Source: Cladosporium halotolerans
Lineage: Eukaryota
Assembly: GCF_011745625.1 (NCBI RefSeq)
Contig: NW_027191456.1
Location: 124,001 to 188,000, forward strand
Length of the DNA stretch: 64,000 bases
Direction: 5' to 3'
Shown: positions 11,980 through 20,280 of the stretch, one piece after another
Layout: each line of letters opens with the position of its first letter
How positions within the stretch are numbered: the stretch's first letter is position 1
Translations under genes and position numbers: made by a program
The notes under the pieces: model-generated
What the model saw: only the letters and a program-made list of their open reading frames with translations
Told to the model about the DNA's origin: nothing
Databases searched by the model: none

Positions 11980-13263
11980 ATGCCTATCGCCGTTTCTCCC
12001 GAGCGGCCTCGCACTGGCGTCATCAAGTTCACTGGCGGCTTAATAGTCAAAGGCGACGCTCTCGTCGAAGAAGATCTCTGGATCAGCTCCGTCACAGGCA
12101 AGATCCTCCATAGCCAGGAGGTATTCTACGACTACCATGTCATTCCAGATGAAGTCATCGACCTGCGCGGCAAGGTCCTCTCTCCCGGCTTCATCGATGT
12201 CCAGCTCAACGGCGCCTTTGGTTTCGATTTCTCCACCGTCCCTGAGGACATGACCACTTACCACAAAGGACTGAAACAACTCAACAAACAGCTCATCCAA
12301 ACGGGCGTCACATCCTACCTGCCGACATTACCCAGCCAACAAGCAGATGTCTACCACCAAACCCTCCCATACCTCGGCCCATCAGGCTCCTCACGCAACG
12401 CAGCAGACGGCTCCGAGTCCCTTGGCGCCCACTGCGAAGGCCCCTTCATCACCGAATCCAAATGCGGCATCCACAGCCCCTCCGTCCTCCTCACCGCACC
12501 CAACGGCTTCGCCGACTTCGAAACCTGCTACGGCGCCTCCAACCTCACCCCAACCACCCCGCACCAAAAATCCCCCATAGCCCTCATAACCGCCGCGCCC
12601 GAACTCCCGGGCATAGCCTCCGCCATCCCCGAGATAACCTCGCGCGGCATCCGCTTCGCCCTCGGACACACGGAGGCCACCTACGAAACCGCCACAGCCG
12701 CCCTGCAGTCCGGCGCGACGATGCTCACGCACCTCTTCAACGCCATGCGCCCCCTGCACCACCGCAACCCAGGCCCCTTCGGCACGCTGGGCAAAGCCGC
12801 GGGCGCGGACCGCCCGTACTTCGGCATCATCGCCGACGGCATCCACTTGCACCCGACGACGGTCAAGATCGCGTGGAACGCGCACCCGGCGGGCTTCATC
12901 CTCGTCACGGACGCGATGAAGACGCTCGGCTTGCCGGATGGGATGTACGACTGGACGAACGGGGATCGCTGGGAGAAGGTGGGCGCGAGGTTGACGAGGG
13001 AGGGGACGGATACGTTGGCGGGGAGCTGTGCGACGCTGGGGGAGTGCGTGGAGAACTTCTGGGAGTGGAGCGGGGCGAGTGTGCCGGAGGTGTTGCGCGC
13101 GGTGACGGCGACGCCGGCGGAGATGCTGGGGTTGGGTGGCGTGAAGGGGACGTTGGTCAAGGGCGCGGATGCGGACTTGGTGGTGCTGGACGCGAGGGAG
13201 GAGGGTGGCAGGAAAAAGGTGCGGGTGGAGCAGGTTTGGAAGTTCGGGTCGAGGGTGTCTTGA
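11980..13263 (+). CDS. dac1: N-acetylglucosamine-6-phosphate deacetylase (NagA/Dac1)
   Basis: Motifs PGFIDVQLNG, GVTSYLPT, GAHCEGPF, GHTEATY, THLFNAM, IADGIHLHP, LVTDAM, LAGS. ATG at 11980; the ORF-track start upstream is a TTG. Confidence 0.95.
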   Translation: MPIAVSPERPRTGVIKFTGGLIVKGDALVEEDLWISSVTGKILHSQEVFYDYHVIPDEVIDLRGKVLSPGFIDVQLNGAFGFDFSTVPEDMTTYHKGLKQLNKQLIQTGVTSYLPTLPSQQADVYHQTLPYLGPSGSSRNAADGSESLGAHCEGPFITESKCGIHSPSVLLTAPNGFADFETCYGASNLTPTTPHQKSPIALITAAPELPGIASAIPEITSRGIRFALGHTEATYETATAALQSGATMLTHLFNAMRPLHHRNPGPFGTLGKAAGADRPYFGIIADGIHLHPTTVKIAWNAHPAGFILVTDAMKTLGLPDGMYDWTNGDRWEKVGARLTREGTDTLAGSCATLGECVENFWEWSGASVPEVLRAVTATPAEMLGLGGVKGTLVKGADADLVVLDAREEGGRKKVRVEQVWKFGSRVS

Positions 13264-13334
13264 TGGGGAATGGCGGGAGTTGCTTCACATACGTCACGTG
13301 AGTTCGGCGCTAGCGGGAGGGTGCAAAAAGAATT

Positions 13335-13533
13335 TGACGCCGCGAGGGTTCGAACCCGCTGGCAAAAGAACCACTCTTCCTCATTCGGAAGGTGTGAAGA
13401 AACCACGGGGGATTTGCTTTCGTGGGGCGGCCAGTACATTCATCGCTCAACACCGGCGTGATAGTAATCCACCCGTGGTGGTAAGCCACCAGGTCTCTCA
13501 GCGTTTCCACTCCGCCACAAGACCACAAGCGCC
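13335..13533 (-). ncRNA. tRNA-like Pol III element with ~120-130-nt structured insert (unclassified; tRNA pseudogene or novel ncRNA)
   Basis: A-box TGGCGGAGTGG (13507-13517) with GCG/CGC D-stem, B-box GGTTCGAACCC (13346-13356), complementary ends GGCGCT.../...GGCGTCA, and a T5 terminator at 13325-13329. Confidence 0.6.
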
Positions 13534-13962
13534 TCCTCCTGTACTGAGTTACTTCATAGGCAACTTTTTAAATATATATATCTTAGAAGCGCTTTCGTAG
13601 TGGCCAGGCTGCAGTCACGTGAGACAAGGTCAACGGGTTCGAGCCGCTCCAGGTCCGCACTAAAATCGCGCGTGCATTGTTAGTTGCGAGGGTCTGAAAT
13701 CACTTGGTGGATTAGGATGTGGTGGTAGGGCAGCTACTTGCAAAGTTGTAATTCACTTACAAAATCTAAATATCAAATGTCCACCCAGGAGGTTCGCGCC
13801 TCGTCGCCGCATTCTTGCAATAATTCGAAAGCCATTGTCAGCACCATTGTCCCAGGGTATCTCAGTCCATCCATATTACGCCGTATTCGCCTCCATGCAA
13901 GCGCATAGCAACATCCTTTCCCCCAATCCGCCGACTCGCATCGTCAGAGCAAGCAAGCACCC

Positions 13963-14609
13963 CTAAGCCGCCGCATTGTACTTCTCGCCCGCGCTCTTGA
14001 ACAGCTCGTCCTGCATGCGCGCCAGTTCCTCGGCCGACATGCCGCTCTGCTCCATCTTGCTCTGCTTCTTCTCGCGCGAGACCTGGCTGGTCTTGAACTG
14101 GTCGGCGACGGCCATGAGCTCCGGCACGTACTCGCCGAAGTCGAGGTCCTGCAGGGCCTTGGTGATGTGCTCGCAAGCGATCGTCTTTTTGGCGTCCTTC
14201 TCTGCGATGTCGTTGGCCTCCGTCGAGATCATCGTGATGAACTCGACGCAGCACTCGATCAGCAGGTCGCGCGTCTCTTTGGCGAAGGACATGGGCTGCG
14301 CGGACTCGTCGGCGGCTTTCGAGGCGAGGACTTCGTTGATGATCTTTTGAACGGTCGCTGTTGGGACGGTTGTTAGTTTTGGGGGTTTGCCGTAGTTGCC
14401 GTAGTCTTCTGGGAAATCCATGGCTTGTAGGGATGAGGTGTTGTGTTTGGGTTGTTGTGTGTCGAGGTTTGTGTGGATTTCACGAGCGTACCTTTGGGAA
14501 GAGAGAGCTCATCGTTGCCTTAAGTGATTGAGTCAGCGATTCATTCATCGCATTCACTGTCTTGTGATCGCGTAGCGGGCTGTCACTAACCAATATCTTT
14601 GTCGGACAT
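13963..14609 (-). CDS. NCB2: Negative cofactor 2 beta subunit (NC2beta/Dr1), histone fold
   Basis: Spliced MSDKDIGNDELSLPKATVQKII...FAKETRDLLIECCVEFITMISTEANDIAEKDAKKTIACEHI; two introns, with a 27-nt exon at 14492-14518. Confidence 0.92.
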
Positions 14610-14963
14610 TTTCACTGATTTACTGCTCTTGAAGTGAAGCTTGAGGTCTCAAACTAGTAGATCGATTCGACGCACGTGTAAGATGAGTACCGGGCGCTCT
14701 CGAGCTCCGTTCACTCAACAAGTACCTCATTTATATACCTACATCGCACCCAGGCGACCATGTGAAGTCGCGCCTTGCTGCGGAGCTGGCTCGGCGGTGC
14801 CAAGCGCCCGCCCGTCTGCAAGCGTCCAAGCTTTGCGGGCTGGCGACCTTTTCTTTGCGCGTCTCGACTTGCGACGCTTCCTCCTTCTCTCCAATACACG
14901 CAAACTCGCAAGGTACGTTGACCATTTTCTTCTTTTCCCCCGCCGCAAGAGCAGCAGAACTCT

Positions 14964-15105
14964 GTGATGAACTTTGTTGTCGCCCCTATCACTACCCCTG
15001 CTCCTAATGAGAGATTTGGACATGGTGATCGACTTGTCGAGCCAAACGACCGACTGATATTCGATTATCTTTCTCGCTTCTTTATTGAGAAACCACGATG
15101 TCTGA
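14964..15105 (+). ncRNA. Box C/D snoRNA, snR67-like 5' guide
   Basis: C box GTGATGA at 14964-14970 followed by GTTGTCGCCCC. This matches my recollection of the yeast snR67 5' guide and is complementary (with a G-U pair) to LSU rRNA GGGGCGGCA. D box CTGA at 15102-15105. Confidence 0.7.
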
Positions 15106-15273
15106 ACATCACTGACAGACATTGCAGGAGAAAAAGCGCCTTGCGAAGATGTTGCCGGTAGCCGTGTCCGGGATCACTGGCTAGCTCACTCTGATGGAGA
15201 CTAGCAAGCATTATGCAGCCTCGTCTGTAGTTGAAAAGGTATGCAAGACCCTTTATTGCCCCTTCACACTACC

Positions 15274-15344
15274 CTGATGAGCAACATATAAGTACTATCA
15301 AATACCGATCTCTGTGACGATCAAAATATGGTTCGATTACCTGA
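15274..15344 (+). ncRNA. Box C/D snoRNA, double guide (18S 5' domain and 25S)
   Basis: C box CTGATGA; guide GTACTATCAAATA before D' CCGA (antisense to 18S UAUUUGAUAGUAC); C' GTGACGA; guide ATGGTTCGATTA before D box CTGA (antisense to 25S UAAUCGAACCAU). Confidence 0.85.
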
Positions 15345-15506
15345 AACCAAAAAACTTCAAGCATTGCTTCACATTTGTACTTTGTGCTCAAGCAAATTGC
15401 TGACTCGTAATCTAGGTAAGCCGTATAGACCTGTCTGAGATCTTGATCGCTCTTGCATACCCTGCCTCTGGTAAGCCATCACTTTTTCCTCGGACCCCAT
15501 TGCTTT

Positions 15507-15590
15507 GTGATGAACAAAAACATTCCATGCTAAGACTGAAGGCATTCGTGCCTATGTCGATCAAATGTATGCTTTTCATCTTTCGACTGA
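15507..15590 (+). ncRNA. Box C/D snoRNA, snR53-like D' guide plus a second 25S guide
   Basis: C box GTGATGA; ATTCCATGCTAA before D' CTGA (antisense to 18S UUAGCAUGGAAU, the snR53/Am796 region); GGCA-TTCG-TGCC stem; C'-like ATGTCGA; TGCTTTTCATCTTTCGA before D box CTGA (antisense to 25S UCGAAAGAUGAAAAGCA). Confidence 0.87.
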
Positions 15591-15715
15591 AAACATGCTC
15601 TCTATCGTTGTTCTTTCATGCTTCATTGCTTCGTAGAATGCCGGCTGACGAGAACCAGATCCCTATCCATCTAATGTCTATAACTCTTATAATCAAACCA
15701 TATTCTCTCAATCTC

Positions 15716-16468
15716 TCATTCCTGGAAAGCCTTCAGCTCTTCCGAGTTCCAGCTCAAAAACTTCCCACTCAGCTCCTTGGGCACCTCAATGACCAGCTTT
15801 GCCATGACGTGACCCGGCTGCTCCGGCTTCAGCAGTCCGCCGGTAGCCTTGAGCTCCGCGAAACGCGCAGCGTCCTGCTCGTCCATGGCCTTGTTGTGCT
15901 TCTCCCGAATGTCCCTCTGCATCTCTGTGTCCACTACTCCCGGCCTAATGCTGATAGATGTGATGTCCTTCTCTTCAGCCGCCAGTGTCATGGCAAGGTG
16001 GTTCATAGCGGCTTTCGAAGCGCCGTACGCGCCCCAAGTCGGGTACGCATTCGACGCCGCGCCGGACGAGGTGAATAGAATGCAGCCCTTGGTCTTCCGA
16101 AGCGACGGCAACGCCGCCTGCGACAGCGCAACGGCCGAGAAGAAGTTGACGTCGAAGGCCGACCGCCACTCGTCCGCGAGCGAGTTTGCGACGCGCTTGA
16201 CCGGGTCCAGCACGCCGTGGTTGACGATCAGGCCGTCGAGCTTCTGGAAGCGCTTCTCGGCGAGCGCGACAGCTTTGTCGCCGAGGGAGAAGTCGGAGAG
16301 ATCGCCGGTGAGGACGGCTACTTGGTCTTTGTATTGGCTCTCGAGGTCGCGGAGGGGCTGTTCGCTGCGGGCGACGAGGACGAGGTTGTGCGAGCGCTTG
16401 AGGAGGAATTGCGCGATGGCGAGGCCGATGCCGCGCGAGGCGCCGGTGAGGATAATGGTTTTTGACAT
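15716..16468 (-). CDS. Short-chain dehydrogenase/reductase (sepiapterin-reductase/YIR035C-like)
   Basis: TGASRGIG, SSGAA, YGASKAA (YxxxK), IRPGVVDT; intronless. Confidence 0.9.
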   Translation of the reverse strand: MSKTIILTGASRGIGLAIAQFLLKRSHNLVLVARSEQPLRDLESQYKDQVAVLTGDLSDFSLGDKAVALAEKRFQKLDGLIVNHGVLDPVKRVANSLADEWRSAFDVNFFSAVALSQAALPSLRKTKGCILFTSSGAASNAYPTWGAYGASKAAMNHLAMTLAAEEKDITSISIRPGVVDTEMQRDIREKHNKAMDEQDAARFAELKATGGLLKPEQPGHVMAKLVIEVPKELSGKFLSWNSEELKAFQE

Positions 16469-16932
16469 GTTGTGTAGGGTATTGCAGTTTGTTGTTTATC
16501 TGCAGGGTATCCGGAAGCAGTCTAGATACTCTAACAATGTGTCTGTAGAGGCGGCTGAAAAGACCAGCGTGCCCTGCGCGTGCCCCTCACCTGTTTCTCC
16601 GCAAAACATGAAGCTTCTCTCAACCAGTTACGTCAGCCTGCAGCAGCCACTTGGGCCAAAACAACGGTCGAATGGTCAAGTAGACGAGATCAGCAGAAAC
16701 GCTGCTCTGGCCATGGCGTTCCTTGTACAGTACCTTCCCCTCACGATGCCGTATGCTGCCGCGTGATGGGTGCCACAAGACCTGGGCAAGGAGTGATAGC
16801 TATCCCTATGAATGGTCTGCTCCTCCGCCACTCATTCCCTTCTAGATACTGTAGCATCTCAGGCAAGTTACTTAGCAGACCTACTGCAGCTCGCAGTGAA
16901 AGCTTCACCTCATCAATCACCAACTATACAAA

Positions 16933-18336
16933 ATGACTTCAGACGGCGACCTCACGCGCGCCTTCTCCGTCGCGACCGACGCCTCCGAGACGAGCTCCAC
17001 CGTCATCGTAGGAGCCGGCATCATCGGCTGCGCAACAGCCTACTACCTTTCGCACTCCGGCCACACGAAGCCGGACACGATCCACCTCGTCGAAGCTTCG
17101 CCGGAGCTCTTCGCTTCTGCGTCTGGCAAAGCCGGCGGCTTCCTAGCTGCAGACTGTATGATCCACATTCCCTGTCCTTAATTCCTGCATGCTTCTGACG
17201 ATGCTGTGGCTGACAGGGTTCGGGCCCGCGACTGCTTCGCTCGGCGCGCTTTCGTTTGATTTGCACAGACAGCTTGCTGAGAAGGAGGACGGGTTTGAGA
17301 AGTGGGGGTACAGCAAGAGCACTGGCACGACGTTTGCGGAAGGCGACAAACGTATCGACGAGCAGGGCGGAGATTGGCTTCGGAATGGAGGCAGCAGGTC
17401 AGAGGTTGCAGGTAGTCATGAATTCGTGGGCGGCGAAGAAGGGCCAGCTTGGTTGCTCAGGAAGGATGGAGGGAAAGTTGACGTCGTGAGCGAGGACGGG
17501 AGCGTGGCGCAGGTGTAAGTCGCACCAGAGACTATCACGAGCAAGAACTCACCTTTCACAGAGACCCCCTTCGACTGTCGAAACATCTCTTACGATCTGC
17601 CCTCCTGCGTGGAGTTCGCCTCCATCAGCCCTCACGTCCTCTCAAAGTCTCCCGTGACCCATCGAGCGGCTGCATCAGTGCCCTCCGCGTCCGCCACGCC
17701 ACCGGAGCCGACCACAAGATTCCTTGCACTCGACTCCTGATCGCCTGTGGTGCCTGGACGCCCAGCGTGTACGCAACGCTCTTCCCACACTCGCGCGTTG
17801 AGATTCCCGTCAGCCACCTGGCGGGCTACAGCCTGGTGGTGAAGAGCCCGCGATGGACGAAGGAGCACGAGGCGCAAGGCTGCCACGCGGTTTTCACGAC
17901 GTCGAGCGACGGTTTCAGCCCGGAGATCTTCTCGCGCGTCGGCGAAGAGATTTACATTGCTGGCTTGAACGACGAGCGCATGCCGCTGCCGGACCTGGCG
18001 ACGGAAGTGCGCAGTAAGCCGGAGAGTGTGGCGGCGCTGAAGCGGGTGGCTGAGAGGCTGTTGGGTAAGGATGGAAGCGATGTTTCCGATCTAGAGGTGG
18101 TGCGAGAGGGTGTTTGCTTCAGGCCGGTGACGAAGAGCGGCAATCCCATTCTGGCGAAAGTACCGGATGAGGACTTGGGAGGGATAGAGACGAAGGAAGG
18201 CGTCGAAGGTGGAGTCTATATTGCTGCGGGCCATGGGCCGTGGGGTATCAGTATGGCGCTCGGTACGGGGAAGGTCATGCAGGAGATGATGGAAGGAGAA
18301 GACATGAGTGCAGATGTGAGTCGCTTGGGCTTGTAG
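16933..18336 (+). CDS. FAD-dependent oxidoreductase (DAO family, Tda3-like)
   Basis: IVGAGIIG dinucleotide-binding motif, ASASGKAGGFLA, CFRP, AAGHGPWGISMALGTG; introns ~17156-17217 and ~17514-17561. Confidence 0.85.
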
Positions 18337-20280
18337 AAAGTTGAAAAATGCAACGACTGATATGACTGCGCCATTTCGGAGGTGTTGTGAAGGCCAGAGG
18401 AGCTTTATAAAGGCTCACTTGGGCTCCTAAGGAAGCAGAAGGAGTAACAGAAATACCGGGTCCTCACCATTTTGATCTTAAATGACAATACTGTGTTATG
18501 CAGACCCATTCGACAGCAGCAACACTGCGTATGGCCTGTGAGTCGACACCATTAGGATACTTGCGACTCGAAGTGCTGTGAGATGCAGTTGTATCTTGAT
18601 GCCCCATCTTCACCTGCAAGGTCTCGGACAATTTGAGCCGAAGGTGACACTACTTACCGTCAGGCTCACAATTCTGAGATGACGCATTGCCATTGAAGGA
18701 GGTAGAAACCCAGGAGGAGCATCTCATTGCGGTAAGCTGCGGATAGAGTACCATCCTAAGCATCACCTTATAATCATGTCAGGTACCAACAATATTATTA
18801 GGCCCGGTGATAGCCCAAGAGAGGAACGTGCCGAACCCACATAACGCAGGATCCTGGCTAGCATGAATGCTCCATGGGCGACCCTTGGCAGCGTCACGTA
18901 CGGCGAAGATCACACGGAGACAGCTCCTGTCATCCATACTTGCGGAAGTGTCGCCGACGCCGTGCCTGCTTTTCGATGCGCGTACCCATGTACGTACAAA
19001 CCCGTTTTGGGTGGGACTCAAATCGCGCGGCTTTTGAATTCGTCTGAAAGTGGCACCATGATGAGCGACTACTCTCACAAAGCATCACCGATGTCGCTTC
19101 GGTGGTGGCCATCGACAACGGGCGGAAACCCTGCCGCAGGACGGCAGCAGATCGAGATGTTTGCCCATACTGATTTGTATTGATGAATGCGCTCCAGAGG
19201 ACTGATTCAGGATTCAGGCGGCTGTGACGGGATCCCGACCATAGTCTGAAGTTTATGAACTGTAGTGTCGCAAGAGTATTGAAGGTAGCCACATCGGCAT
19301 GCAGATGCCGGGGCACGCGTGGCTGCGTGGATGCACACTCCAAGCCTGAGATACATCAGTGTAGCCGCACTGCCGGGATGAAGACTTTCATCTCGGTGCT
19401 TGATCGAACCATGTCGAGAGGACGTGCGCGGACGGCCGGAACTGGACGCGCAGGCGAAGCTCAAACAACCAGGTAATATTCAGACACGACGTCTCCGCGA
19501 ACGTTCGCGGAAGCACTGTAACCATTAGCATGTTGTGACCGTTGGTGTCGGCATCTACGTTGTGGACATGTCTTCGCAGACGGAGCAGCTCGGTTGTGTG
19601 CGTGCGAATGACGATGCGGTCTCACACCCGTTGCTAGTGCAGGTACGGTTAGGATATTGCCGTATTGGGCAAACTCAAGTCAATGACGCGGTACCCACAT
19701 CACCATCCGCAACGCTTCCATCTGCCGTCGAAAAATCTCCTAGGACATGATCTGCTTGCAAGGATAGATTACTCTTTACGGCGAGCGAGCAGCGAGAAGC
19801 ACGGTGATGAGCCCACCGTGACACGCCGTTCACTCTTTGTCCCCTGCTGAAAAGCCTTGAAGCAACGGTGAGGCCGAGGTGGGCTTCGACAGCATCGAAG
19901 TGCTCGTTCGACTGACGGAAGGATTGAAAGCATATCGATCGCGGCGGATTCATGCGATTCCTGCGGTTCGAACGGATAGTAAATCGTGGGGCCTCCGCGC
20001 AGTGCCGTCAAGCACTGAACCCAGTGGCAATAGTGGAGCCTGACATGCCGCTCCATCTCCGAATCCGCTACGCCTGTACCTTGAGATTCGATTCCCGATG
20101 AGATCACGGTGTCGACACTCACCAATATTTGGGTCTGGGGTTCGGACTTTGTCCCGTGTGCGATTAGATCATTCGTAATCGATACCCTTCAGGCGGAGGC
20201 GACTGGAGTACATATTCAAGTGCTTCCTCTCATGGTAGGGTTTGTTCCTCATCCATCCCAATCCTCCATCTTTATTCAGG

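Larger units (their letters stand above)
14880..15700 (+). ncRNA. Non-coding spliced host gene for three intronic box C/D snoRNAs (transcript ends approximate)
   Basis: GT-AG introns 14913-15127, 15239-15415 and 15416(or 15471)-15658. Each has a CTGAC branch point and contains one C-box...D-box unit. No credible ORF in the exons; divergent from NCB2. Confidence 0.8.

Noticed and set aside
13420..13500. Hammerhead ribozyme or tRNA-Sec interpretation of the tRNA-like element
   Set aside because: The core reads CTGAGAG rather than CUGANGA, and there is no UCA anticodon arm
15443..15715. ORF-track proteins over the snoRNA host (14964-15161, 15443-16078)
   Set aside because: Non-ATG starts, no motifs, and they overlap snoRNA introns and the antisense SDR
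18340..20280. 2-kb gap with several short ORFs
   Set aside because: No consistent coding signal, repeat termini or transposase motifs; treated as the promoter/intergenic region of the Rds1-like gene
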